Positions 9,688-20,700 of a DNA stretch of 64,000 nucleotides are shown here, piece by piece. Origin of the DNA: Gammaproteobacteria bacterium. GTDB lineage: Bacteria; Pseudomonadota; Gammaproteobacteria; G965277405. The DNA lies in contig OZ255726.1 in the NCBI GenBank assembly GCA_965277405.1, positions 1,088,001-1,152,000 of the forward strand, read 5' to 3'. Under the pieces are notes generated by a model. That model was not told the origin of the DNA, searched no databases, and saw only the letters and a list, made by a program, of their open reading frames with translations. Every line of letters begins with the position of its first letter. The stretch's first letter is position 1. Both the position numbers and the translations under genes were made by a program.

Positions 9688-10857
9688 ATGATAGCTTCAA
9701 CCCGCGTGCAGGCGATACAACCTTCCGCAACTATTGCTGTAACGACCAAAGCGCGTCAATTACGGGCGCAAGGGCTGGATATTATCGGCTTAGGCGCAGG
9801 TGAGCCTGACTTCCCAACCCCAAAGCATATCAGCCAAGCTGGGATTGATGCAATCAACGATAATCAAACCAAATACACCGCAGTTGATGGCACACCTGAA
9901 CTCAAGCAGGCGATTGTTGATAAATTCAAACGTGACAATGCGCTGGTATATCAAACCAAGCAAGTATTGGTTTCGTGTGGCGCCAAGCAAAGTATTTTTA
10001 ACTTGGCTTTGGCTATTCTTGATGCAGGAGATGAAGTCATTATTCCTGCTCCATATTGGGTGTCGTATCCAGACATTGTGTTGATTGCTGCAGCTAGGCC
10101 TGTTGTTGTTCGTTGTTCAGTTGCAGATTCTTTCAAATTAACTCCCGCGGCGCTTGCGGCAGCAATCACCAACAAAACGAAGGTATTGATTCTTAACAGC
10201 CCGTCTAATCCAACCGGTGTGGCATATACGCGGGCAGAACTCCAAGCGCTCGGTGCGGTGTTGCGAGATCATCCGCATGTGCTGATTGCAACAGACGATA
10301 TTTATGAATTAATTTGGTGGTCTGATGAGCCATTTAGCAATATTGTGATGGCGTGTCCTGATTTGTATGCAAGAACAATCGTCCTCAACGGCGCATCCAA
10401 GGCGTATTCAATGACAGGTTGGCGGATTGGCTATGCAGCTGGCGACCCAACAATTATCAACAACATGGCAAAAATCCAGTCACAATCCACCTCCAATCCC
10501 TGTTCTATTTCGCAAGCAGCAGTTACTGTCGCATTAAACGGCGACCACGCCCCAGTGGCTGCAATGGTCGTCGCGTTTAAGCGGCGCCATGACTATGTTG
10601 TGCAACATCTTAATGCTATTGATGGCGTTTCATGTTTGCCGTCACAAGGGGCGTTTTATGCGTTTGCCGATATGCGTGAATTGATGAAAAGCCGTGGTAT
10701 AAGTGATGATATCGTGCTTGCCCAAGAGTTATTGGAAAAGGCGCACATTGCCGTTGTTCCAGGAAGTGCGTTTGGCATGGATGGTTTTATCCGTATTTCA
10801 TACGCAACGAGCGATGCCAATATCAGCAAGGCGTTACAACGATTACAAGCATATTAA
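9688..10857 (+). CDS. aspC: Aspartate aminotransferase, class I PLP enzyme
   Basis: GAGEPDF, NSPSNPTG, DDIY, SKAYSMTGWRIG. Confidence 0.88.
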   Translation: MIASTRVQAIQPSATIAVTTKARQLRAQGLDIIGLGAGEPDFPTPKHISQAGIDAINDNQTKYTAVDGTPELKQAIVDKFKRDNALVYQTKQVLVSCGAKQSIFNLALAILDAGDEVIIPAPYWVSYPDIVLIAAARPVVVRCSVADSFKLTPAALAAAITNKTKVLILNSPSNPTGVAYTRAELQALGAVLRDHPHVLIATDDIYELIWWSDEPFSNIVMACPDLYARTIVLNGASKAYSMTGWRIGYAAGDPTIINNMAKIQSQSTSNPCSISQAAVTVALNGDHAPVAAMVVAFKRRHDYVVQHLNAIDGVSCLPSQGAFYAFADMRELMKSRGISDDIVLAQELLEKAHIAVVPGSAFGMDGFIRISYATSDANISKALQRLQAY

Positions 10858-10918
10858 TAATCAGCCTATTCCACATACCGCAACCACATACCGCAATATA
10901 CATGATGACAACGGAGCA

Positions 10919-11668
10919 ATGGATATGAACTTGGAACTGTTCGCTGGGCAGTTGCTGGACTGGGTAGCGCTGATAAATTTTTGCATTGTTTGGTTTGGCT
11001 ATTATTTTTTTAGCGAGTCGTATTCCAAACAAGCGCACCCTTCATTGTCGCTAGCGATGAATGAATATCGCAGAAATTGGGTGGCAAAGTCATTAACCAA
11101 TGGCAATCAAATTGCGGACGTGCAAATGATTAGCGTCCATGAGCGCAATTGCGTTTTTTTAGCATCGAGTTGTTTGTTGGTGTTGGCGTCGGTGGTGTCG
11201 TTGTTGTGGAATATCGACAGTATCTTGGATTTTAGTAACCTGATGGCGGCGGACGTGATTATTTTCGATAACAGCAGTACTAGTGTGTATTTAGGAAAAT
11301 TATTACTGCTGTGCGCGGTGCTGGCACATGGTTTTTTTTCATTTACTTGGTCATTACGGCAATTCAATATGTTTGGTTTGATGTTGGTATCGGCACCAGA
11401 TATCAATACATTTCCAACACCAGCACGCGAGCAATTTATTGATCAAATTGCAGCGCTGCAAATACGAGCCGGGATTGCATACGCGCATGGTTTTAGGTCG
11501 ATGTATTTTTCATTGGCACTACTGTCTTGGTTGGTGGGTTCAATCGTGTTGATTGTAACAACGTACATCGTGTTATATGTGTTGTTTCGGCGTGAGTTTC
11601 GCTCGAAGGCGTTAAAAAGTCTCCATGGCGGCAGTGTTGCGTTGCAAGCGAGGATGGATTCACAATAG
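10919..11668 (+). CDS. DUF599-family membrane protein
   Basis: MNEYRRNW, FFSFTWSLRQFN, GFRSMYF, LFRREFRS; GGAG RBS before ATG 10919. Confidence 0.75.
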   Translation: MDMNLELFAGQLLDWVALINFCIVWFGYYFFSESYSKQAHPSLSLAMNEYRRNWVAKSLTNGNQIADVQMISVHERNCVFLASSCLLVLASVVSLLWNIDSILDFSNLMAADVIIFDNSSTSVYLGKLLLLCAVLAHGFFSFTWSLRQFNMFGLMLVSAPDINTFPTPAREQFIDQIAALQIRAGIAYAHGFRSMYFSLALLSWLVGSIVLIVTTYIVLYVLFRREFRSKALKSLHGGSVALQARMDSQ

Positions 11669-11669
11669 T

Positions 11670-12185
11670 ATGCCGCACTCATTGCGACAAACCCAAAAAA
11701 TCGGCAAAGGCATGTGGGTGGTCATGTGGGTGGTATTGCTGGTGATGGCAACCTGGTGGTTTGGCTGGCGTGAAGAACAACAACACAACCCCAACCAAAT
11801 GGTTAGTAGCAGCGAACAGCAAGTATACTTGCAACGCAACAGCTATGGCCACTATGTGTTTAACGGGCAAGTCAACGGCAACACAGTGACATTTCTTGTT
11901 GACACGGGCGCCACAGATGTAGTGATTGCCGGTCCAACGGCGCAACAGCTACGACTACAGCGAGGACAGCGGCAATATGTGAATACTGCCAATGGGACGG
12001 TTGCGGTATACCGTACGCATATCGATACGCTGGAAATCGGCGGGATTATATTCCACGATATCGCCGCGGTGATCAATCCAGCCATGACTAATGATTCACT
12101 GCTAGGAATGAATGCCTTGCGGCAAGTTGATTTCCGTCAACAAGGCGACATGTTAATACTCGAGCACAACGATAACACATACTGA
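11670..12185 (+). CDS. Clan AA (retropepsin-like) aspartic protease, TIGR02281 type
   Basis: N-terminal TM, GHY...G.VNG, FLVDTGAT, TANG, SLLGMNAL. Confidence 0.88.
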   Translation: MPHSLRQTQKIGKGMWVVMWVVLLVMATWWFGWREEQQHNPNQMVSSSEQQVYLQRNSYGHYVFNGQVNGNTVTFLVDTGATDVVIAGPTAQQLRLQRGQRQYVNTANGTVAVYRTHIDTLEIGGIIFHDIAAVINPAMTNDSLLGMNALRQVDFRQQGDMLILEHNDNTY

Positions 12186-12189
12186 TAAT

Positions 12190-14940
12190 ATGACGATTTC
12201 AACAACGTACGACCCAGCAGCAATTGAACGGCATTGGTATGCGTTTTGGGAGAATAACAACTACTTTGCTCCTCGAGGAGACGGCGAGCCGTATACGATT
12301 ATGATTCCCCCGCCAAATGTGACTGGGCGGCTACATATGGGGCATGCTTTTCAGCAAACATTGATGGATGTGCTGATTCGCTACCAGCGCATGCAAGGGC
12401 GTAAAACGTTGTGGCAGGTCGGTGTTGACCATGCTGGGATTGCGACGCAGATGGTTGTTGAGCGCAAATTAAAACAGCAAGGTACGGATCGTTGGGAGCT
12501 CGGTCGTGATAAATTTATTGAACGTACATGGCAATGGAAAGCCGAGTCAGGCGGATTTATCACCCAGCAATTACGGCGGATTGGCGGCTCTGTTGATTGG
12601 AAAAATGAGCGTTTTACCATGGATGATGGCTATGCGGCAGCAGTCCAAAAAGTGTTCATCGACTTATACAACGAAAAGCTCATTTATCGTGGTAAACGCT
12701 TGGTGAATTGGGATCCGGTATTATTGACTGCAATTTCTGATTTAGAAGTTGTCAAAGAAGAGGAACAGGGGAAAATGTACACGGTTCGCTATCCAATTGT
12801 AGATGAAGATAGCTTTGTTGAGATTGCCACGACGCGTCCTGAAACAATTCTCGCTGATGGTGCGATTGCGGTGCACCCAAGTGACGCTAGGTTTCAACAG
12901 CTGTGGGGTAAATTCGTCCAAGTACCACTGACAACTCGAATCATTCCAGTGATTGCTGATAGCTATGTTGATCCAGAATTTGGCACAGGCTGCGTCAAAA
13001 TCACTCCTGCGCATGACTTCAATGATTATCGTGTGGGACAACGGCACGATATGGAAGTAATAAACCTCTTCCACCCCAATGCAACCATGAACGACAATGC
13101 TCCAACTGCATATGTTGGCTTAGATCGTTTTGACGCACGCGATAAAATAGTCGTGGATCTAGAACACGCTGGCCTGTTGGTAAAGGTTGCCGACCACATA
13201 TTCAAACGGCCACGTGGCGATAGGAGCGGTGCGGTGATTGAACCATATTTGACCGATCAATGGTATGTGGCGATGGAGCCACTCGCGGAAAAGGCCTTGA
13301 ACGTTGTTCGTGATGGCAGTATAGAGTTTATTCCAAAACAATGGCAGAACACCTTCTACCGATGGTTAGAAAATATTGAAGACTGGTGTATTTCGCGACA
13401 ATTATGGTGGGGTCATCTAATACCAGCGTGGTATGACAGCGCTGACAATATTTACGTAGGCAATGATGAAGCCGCGGTGAGAGCGCAACACAACCTTAGC
13501 GATAATGTGGTGTTGCAGCGCGATGCAGACGTGCTGGACACGTGGTTTTCTTCGGCATTATGGACGTTTGTAACGCTTGGCTGGCCTGAAAAAACGCAAC
13601 GGCTGAAGGATTTTCATCCTACCAGCGTGTTGATTACTGGTTTTGATATTATTTTCTTTTGGGTTGCGCGCATGATTATGATGACGACCCATACCCTCGG
13701 CACAATTCCTTTTGCCAAGACATATATTCATGGCTTGATTCGTGATGCTGAAGGGCAGAAGATGTCAAAAACCAAAGGAAATGTCATCGACCCAATCGAC
13801 TTGATCGATGGAATCACCTTAGAAAAACTCGTCGAAAAGCGCACAGCAGAATTGCTACTTCAACCTAAAAAAGTAGCTACGATAACGGCGCAAACTAACA
13901 AGCAGTTTCCACAAGGGATAAACGCATACGGCGCTGATGCGTTACGCTTGACGTATTGTTCCTTGGCGTCGACTGGTCGTGATATTCGTTTTGATGTTGG
14001 CCGCATTGGTGGGTATCGCAATTTCTGCAATAAGCTGTGGAACGCCGCGCGGTATGTGTTGTTGCAATGTGGCGATGCACCACGAGCAATGCCCGCAACA
14101 GCTGGTCATTTGCATAACCAATGGATTGTTTCGCGCTTGCATCATTGCGTTGTCAATGTTGATACTGCCCTGCAAACGTATCGATTTGATATTGCTACGC
14201 AACATCTTCAATCTTTCTTTTGGCATGAATATTGCGACTGGTATTTGGAATTAACCAAGCCATTTATCAGTCAAAACAATGAAAAAAATGAAGAAACGTA
14301 TGCGGTGTTGAGCAATGTACTCGAAGTGTTGTTACGGCTGCTCCATCCTCTCGCACCATTTATTACTGAAGAAATATGGCAGAAAATACCCACAGCTAAC
14401 AAAGGCGCAACGATTATGCTGGCTGCATACCCGCGCGCTGATGCATACCCTAACAACGCAGCAGCAGAACAACAAATGCAATTGCTGCAAGATACGATTA
14501 CTGCGGTGCGAACTGTGCGCAGCCAATACACTATTTCTCCAGCGGTACAACTCGATGTGAACATTTGTGCCAGTGAAGGCGACACAGCAATGTTTACTGA
14601 AAATATAGCCACACTCACCACCCTCGCACGGCTTGGGAGGGTCGATTTTAATCAATCGATTGCTAAACACGCGCAAATGCAAGTGGTGGGTGATGCACAA
14701 ATTCATGTGTATTTAGCAGGTGTCATTGACGTCAACAGCGAATTAACCAGGTTAGATGTTGAGTTAGCCAAAGTTACGGGAGAGATTAGTCGGATTCAGA
14801 AAAAACTCGATAATACTGGCTTTGTTGCCCAAGCACCTGCGGCTGTTGTTGCCAAAGAACAGGAAAAAATTGCAGACTACCTGCGTAAGCGCAGCCAACT
14901 TGAAGGACAAAAGATGAGCTTTGCGCAGATGGGACAGTAA
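12190..14940 (+). CDS. valS: Valine--tRNA ligase
   Basis: PPPNVTG.LHMGH, DWCISRQLWWGH, KMSKT, C-terminal coiled coil. Confidence 0.97.
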   Translation: MTISTTYDPAAIERHWYAFWENNNYFAPRGDGEPYTIMIPPPNVTGRLHMGHAFQQTLMDVLIRYQRMQGRKTLWQVGVDHAGIATQMVVERKLKQQGTDRWELGRDKFIERTWQWKAESGGFITQQLRRIGGSVDWKNERFTMDDGYAAAVQKVFIDLYNEKLIYRGKRLVNWDPVLLTAISDLEVVKEEEQGKMYTVRYPIVDEDSFVEIATTRPETILADGAIAVHPSDARFQQLWGKFVQVPLTTRIIPVIADSYVDPEFGTGCVKITPAHDFNDYRVGQRHDMEVINLFHPNATMNDNAPTAYVGLDRFDARDKIVVDLEHAGLLVKVADHIFKRPRGDRSGAVIEPYLTDQWYVAMEPLAEKALNVVRDGSIEFIPKQWQNTFYRWLENIEDWCISRQLWWGHLIPAWYDSADNIYVGNDEAAVRAQHNLSDNVVLQRDADVLDTWFSSALWTFVTLGWPEKTQRLKDFHPTSVLITGFDIIFFWVARMIMMTTHTLGTIPFAKTYIHGLIRDAEGQKMSKTKGNVIDPIDLIDGITLEKLVEKRTAELLLQPKKVATITAQTNKQFPQGINAYGADALRLTYCSLASTGRDIRFDVGRIGGYRNFCNKLWNAARYVLLQCGDAPRAMPATAGHLHNQWIVSRLHHCVVNVDTALQTYRFDIATQHLQSFFWHEYCDWYLELTKPFISQNNEKNEETYAVLSNVLEVLLRLLHPLAPFITEEIWQKIPTANKGATIMLAAYPRADAYPNNAAAEQQMQLLQDTITAVRTVRSQYTISPAVQLDVNICASEGDTAMFTENIATLTTLARLGRVDFNQSIAKHAQMQVVGDAQIHVYLAGVIDVNSELTRLDVELAKVTGEISRIQKKLDNTGFVAQAPAAVVAKEQEKIADYLRKRSQLEGQKMSFAQMGQ

Positions 14941-15095
14941 GCACTGCTCACTATATGAATGGAGCAGACTTTTTTATTATAGCCGCACGCATGCTGCGAG
15001 CATGCCGATAGTTTTCGTCTTTATCAGTAGCTGCATGCACGCTGTGAGCAAGGCGATAGTTTTTGAACATGGGGTTTTCGGCTTTTCAAGGAATA

Positions 15096-15148
15096 ATCAG
15101 CAGCGTTTTTTCTCCGTCTCGCCCATCATGGAATTAATCAGAGCTTCC
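15096..15148 (-). mobile_element. Truncated MITE (left end only, reverse orientation)
   Basis: CAGCGTTTTTTCTCCGTCTCGCCCATCATGGAATTAATCAGAGCTTCC is the reverse complement of the MITE left end. Confidence 0.85.
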
Positions 15149-15219
15149 TTCGGTTTATTGACGATGCGTAAGCTGTGTAGCCAGCGGTCTTATTGTTGTA
15201 AGTCGCTATGCTTGGATTA

Positions 15220-17604
15220 CTACGGGATCATCAACCCGTATAGTTTTGGCAGATATTTTTGTTTGTCAATTTGAGTAAGCCCGCCTTTGGTAAGCGTGGC
15301 CAAACGTGCTTTAAGGGTGCTTTTCTGTTTGTCAAATTTAATGTTTGATTTTTGTATTGCCTGCGGCTGTTCGGCGATGAGTTCGTCAAGTTGACTTTGG
15401 CTGCTTACTTTGTGTATGCGCGCTTTATATCTTGCAATGATGGCTGATTCTGCGTTTTTTCGCGCGGCATCAAGCGTAAAGTATTGTTTTGCCACCTTGT
15501 TAAAATAACGGGTTTCACTTGTGTTGTTTGCCACGAACTCAAAAAACGGCTGCCTTTGTATTAGTTTCAGCAATACGTTGGCTCCAAACGCACGGTTTTT
15601 CAAGGATTGCTGGTAAATCAGTTTGCTAACGAGTTGATTGAGCGATAACACAAACACACTGTCTGTATTTAAGACTGCAGGTTGTGCTTGGATTACATTG
15701 GTGTCGATACGAATGGCAGATAACTGCTTGACGCTGGTTAGTTTGTTGCGGACCGCTGCATAACGAAACATTAGCGTTAGTTGCTGCCAGAATAGCTCCT
15801 CGTCCTTGGTCTGCAGCGCCAACTGATACAGCCACTTAATGTTGGGGATGTTATAAACATTGATGCGTTGGAAGGCTCGAGCTTCACGAATCGCGCCTTG
15901 ATAGTCGCCTTTGGCATATAATGCCTTTGAATATTTATACCCCACGTTGCGATACTGTGGAATGATTTCTTTGATTAGGTTGACCGTATCAATGGCTTGA
16001 TCAATCCGCTGATGATTGAGCTGAATACTCAACAGTATGTCTTTTAGATATGGGTTTTCTCCTTGAAGAATAAGTTTTTCAGCCTTTTCGATGGTTGCAA
16101 CAGGGCTGTCGTTACTGATTTGGAGTTCGGTGAATTGATAGAAGGTGCTGGCAATTGATGTGGCGATAACAACCCCTGCAATACTGACCAGCGCGCAGCT
16201 ACCTCGCCAAAAAAAACGCAGATTTGTGTTGTTGGCTAACACTCCGCTGAATGAAATTCTGCTCAACAAAAAGCCGCGACCGTGAATTTGCACATTATGT
16301 TGATAGATAACATAGCAGCCAATTGCCAGTAGCGTGTATAGCGGCAAGTTAGCAACAATCATGCGTTGTGCAACTGAAAATTGACCATGGAAATAAAAGT
16401 TAAAAATACCAGCAATAACGCCTAACGCCACCAGCTTGTGCAGCATTGGCGCGGCTGGGTGGCGAAAAACCGCAAATAGCTTGATTGAAATAACCGTATA
16501 TATGCTGAGCAGGGTTAACAGAATTAGAGCTCCGCCATCTTCAGCAAGCTCTAATGTTTCGTTATGCACGTGGTTATAGCTGTTATTGTCGATGTACAAC
16601 AGTGCATCAGGGTTCATATAAATAAAATTGACATTGTACGAACTCCCAAGCCCATAGCCAATAATTGGGCTTGCTATGATTGCCCGCCACGCGGTTTCGA
16701 ATGGCTTTAAACGCGTATACCATGCGTCGATAGAGAATAGTTGACCGTAGCGTGGAAATAATTCAGCGGCGCTGGCTGGGTGTAATACAAAATAAATAAT
16801 GCCCGCGCCGAGTAACATGCAGATACATCCGATGGCAATAAATGACAAAACACGAAGGCGTGTTGACAGCATATGCAAGGAAAAAACCCCGAATGCGAGG
16901 ATACAACCAGTCCAAGTTGCAGCATTCGCAGCACGAGTTTTCGTCAATAGCATGGCGACTGCGGCAAGAATAAATGCCAGTAAGAACAACAAACCGCCAA
17001 GCGTAAATTTGCGGCGGCATTCGATTAGATATCCGATCGTGAGCAAAAACAATAACGGGATTATGGTGGTTAGGTAGCCAGCAAAGTAGTTGATATTGCC
17101 AAACGTTGCCTTAGGTCGTGCAACAGCAACGCCGTTATCGGTAAGTGGGCTTAGCCCAAGGCGTTCAAGGACTGCCAAAACACATACATATATACACGTC
17201 AACGCAATCCATTTAAGCAAGCCGTTCAGGTCATTGCTGTTTTGTAGGCGACGAAATACATATCCAGCCCAGGCGACGAGGATCAAGTCACTGCTAAGCT
17301 CGTAATAAAAACCATAATCGGCAGGGGTTGTGAATACACCAGGGAGGGTGCTGATGGCAGGAAGCAGTAGGATAACTACCAACAACCACGTCTGTTTCTG
17401 CTTGTTATCTGCAAGCTCGCGCTGCCCACCAAAGCAATCATCAATAACAAACAAAATAGCAACAGATGCTGCAAGCATGAGCATTTTAAACGTATTTACA
17501 TGATAGAACTGGTAGGTTGTATATGCATTAATAGCGAAAAATAAGATGCCTAGGATAGCAATGCGACTGCGCAGCAGGTCACGAAACACCAAGTCGTTAT
17601 TCAT
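15220..17604 (-). CDS. O-antigen ligase / PglL-like oligosaccharyltransferase with C-terminal TPR-like extension
   Basis: Many TM helices; TFGNINYFAGYL, PIIGYGLGS, HVHNETLE (Wzy_C-type). Confidence 0.75.
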   Translation of the reverse strand: MNNDLVFRDLLRSRIAILGILFFAINAYTTYQFYHVNTFKMLMLAASVAILFVIDDCFGGQRELADNKQKQTWLLVVILLLPAISTLPGVFTTPADYGFYYELSSDLILVAWAGYVFRRLQNSNDLNGLLKWIALTCIYVCVLAVLERLGLSPLTDNGVAVARPKATFGNINYFAGYLTTIIPLLFLLTIGYLIECRRKFTLGGLLFLLAFILAAVAMLLTKTRAANAATWTGCILAFGVFSLHMLSTRLRVLSFIAIGCICMLLGAGIIYFVLHPASAAELFPRYGQLFSIDAWYTRLKPFETAWRAIIASPIIGYGLGSSYNVNFIYMNPDALLYIDNNSYNHVHNETLELAEDGGALILLTLLSIYTVISIKLFAVFRHPAAPMLHKLVALGVIAGIFNFYFHGQFSVAQRMIVANLPLYTLLAIGCYVIYQHNVQIHGRGFLLSRISFSGVLANNTNLRFFWRGSCALVSIAGVVIATSIASTFYQFTELQISNDSPVATIEKAEKLILQGENPYLKDILLSIQLNHQRIDQAIDTVNLIKEIIPQYRNVGYKYSKALYAKGDYQGAIREARAFQRINVYNIPNIKWLYQLALQTKDEELFWQQLTLMFRYAAVRNKLTSVKQLSAIRIDTNVIQAQPAVLNTDSVFVLSLNQLVSKLIYQQSLKNRAFGANVLLKLIQRQPFFEFVANNTSETRYFNKVAKQYFTLDAARKNAESAIIARYKARIHKVSSQSQLDELIAEQPQAIQKSNIKFDKQKSTLKARLATLTKGGLTQIDKQKYLPKLYGLMIP

Positions 17605-17788
17605 TAGTACGTATTTTTTGCATAGCAGAAGTTATAGCGGGATAGGCGGTGAATGGTGTTGGTAACAATACAGGAAGTTCTGATTGAGCAATTGCCGCAA
17701 ACAGTTGTATATATAATTATTTGAGTTACTCCCATTTTATTTTAAAATTGCCGCATACTTTAATCCATAACTCGATAATGGAGCAAAG

Positions 17789-20700
17789 ATGATAGCTACT
17801 GTGAATGACAAACGTCAACGCATTGCGCAGTATTTGGCAAATAAAGAGGAATTGGATGAAAACTATTTAACTGCTGTTTATGAATACTTTAAGGATGTAG
17901 ATGAAACGGATTTACAGCAATTATCTAGTGCTGATTGGGCTGGAGTATTTATCTCGCATTTACATTTGGGCTATAAACGCCAACCTAATGAACTCAATAT
18001 CCGCACGTATAACCCGAATTTTGACGATAATAAATGGGCTGCGCCGCACACAGCTATAGAAATAACAAGCGATGATTGTGCGTTTTTAGTGGATACAGCC
18101 GTTGTTGCAATAAATCGCCTCGGATATGGCATTCATCAAATTATTCATCCAATCCTGTTGACCCAACGCGATGCAGCTACTGGAAAAATTAAACAATTTG
18201 GGAATAGTGCTAAAAAAAATACCATTGTTGAATCGTGGATACATCTGCAAATAGACCGCATTTCTTGCTCGGATAAACTCACAGAGGTAACTAAGCAATT
18301 AACAACTGTGTTTGAACAGCTGCAAATGTGCGTCGCGGATGTTGATGAGATGCGGGCAAAGTCTGCAGCGGCAGAACAAGTAATCAATGGTCATAACGAC
18401 GGCGGGATGTATGCTGAATACCTCCAATGGCTGCGCGATGATAATTTTATATTTTTAGGTTATCAGTATATACATGCATCTCGCAGCACTACGGTTGCCA
18501 CCACACAGTCACTTGGTTTTTTTCGACACGCAGCCAGCAGCAGTACTGAGTTCGTTGCTCAAGCAGGACAATTTTCCGACGTTGAGTTACAGCAACCAGT
18601 AGTATTGGTTAAATCAACCGAACGTTCGTCAATTCATCGTGATGAATATTTTGACTGTGTTGTCGTCAAGGATTTTGTAGGTGGGAAAGTTATTGGTGAG
18701 CACCAGTTTATCGGTTTATATACAGCCAAGGCATTTAACACCTCGCCACGGCTGATCCCAATAATTCGTGAAAAAATTCAGCGGGTTATTGTCAACTCTA
18801 ACGTTGGGTTAGATTCGCATATCGGCAAGTCGTTGCGCCAAGTGTTTGAAACCTATCCACGAGACGAATTGCGGGAAAGCAGTGACAGCGATTTGCTTAG
18901 AAACGGCGTTGGTATTGCCAAAATGCAAGAGCGTAGACTCGTTAGAGTATTTACGCGTATTGATGGTATGCACCGTTATATTTCATTTTTGGTATACCTG
19001 CCGCGTGACAATGTTAGCACCGATGTGCGCGAGCGGATACGCAACTATTTGGAGCAAACGTTTGCGGCAACCCACAGTGAATTTGAGGTTAGCCTCGGGC
19101 GCGCAGTGTTGGCGAGGATTCACTTTGTTGTATATATTTCAAGCCCTGCTGTTGTTAATAACCTCGATAGTGTTGCGTTACAAGAGCATATCAGTGAAGT
19201 CGCGCGGAGCTGGACTGATGATTTGCGTTTAAATTTGGTCAACCAACTTGGCGAGGAAGTAGGGCTGAGTCTCTTTAATAAATACTCAAAGAGCTTACCT
19301 GCAGACTACAAAGCTGCTTATAACATCCGCACAGCAGTCAGCGATATCGTCAAATGCGAAAAAATGCTGGCAAACGGTGACGTGACCTTAAAGTTGACGG
19401 AAGATAGTCTTGCTGATGGAACACAGTTTCGCCTAAAGATATTATATGGTAAGCCAATTCCACTGAGTCATGGTCTGCCTGTTTTAGAGAATATGGGGGT
19501 TCATGTGAGTGAAGAATACCCGTTTTCATTAGAGTTTGATGATGGTGGGACTGCTTGGATATCAGATATTGCTATTCAACTGCCTAGTGAAGGATTGTTT
19601 GATGGCAAGCACGCCAAGGAAGTGTTTCAGCAAGGTTTTGCCGCGGTGTATACTGGCAAGTGCGAAAACGACGTGCTAAATGCGTTGATATTGCATGCAG
19701 ACATGTCTTGGTGCAGTGTTGCGTTATTGCGATGTTATTCCAAATATATGCGGCAAATTGGATTAACGTATAGCGAGCGGTTATTCGCAGACACATTGAT
19801 ACGTTACAAACACACCGCACTTGATTTGTTGGCGTTATTTGACGCGCAACATAATCCAAAGGCACAATCAACAAATATTGATGCAATTATTGCACGCATT
19901 GCAGATGCGATTACTGCCACGACCAGCATTGATGACGAAACTATTTTACATGGTTTGCTCGAGTGCATGCAAGCAACGTTACGCACCAATTATTTTCAAA
20001 GCACAACCAGTACCGCAATCAGCATCAAATTGGCACCGCAGCAAGTAGCTCGTGTCCCAGAACCAAAACCGCTGTATGAGATTTTTGTATACGCCCCAAC
20101 GTTTGAAGGAATACATTTGCGTTTCGGCAAAGTTGCTCGCGGCGGGCTGCGGTGGTCAGACCGCCGTGAAGACTTTCGCACCGAAGTGCTAGGTCTTGTT
20201 AAAGCGCAGCAAGTAAAAAACACAGTGATTGTGCCAGTTGGTTCAAAGGGCGGCTTTGTTGTCAAGCAGCCAGCAGCAGATCGTGATGCATATATTGAGC
20301 AAGGCAAACACTGCTATACGCAGTTTGTGTGTGGCTTGCTTGATCTAACCGATAATGTTGTCAATGGCAAAGTTGTACATCCAAAAAACACCATATGTTT
20401 AGACGAAGCTGATCCGTATTTAGTTGTTGCCGCAGATAAAGGAACTGCGACGTTTTCTGATCTTGCGAATTCTGTTGCTCAACAGTATGGGTTTTGGCTC
20501 GACGATGCATTTGCCTCGGGCGGATCAGTTGGCTATGACCACAAAAAAATGGGGATTACCGCAAGAGGTGTGTGGGAATCGGTCAAACGACATTTTCGTG
20601 AACGCGGTATAAATATCCAAACGACACCATTCAGCGTAATCGCTATTGGCGACATGATGGGTGACGTGTTTGGTAACGGTATGTTGCAAAGCGAGCATAT

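Noticed and set aside
10871-10896. 13-bp tandem duplication CCACATACCGCAA, and the 15-bp SDAGD duplication at ~58560
   Set aside because: Real but two-copy slippage events with no evident function.
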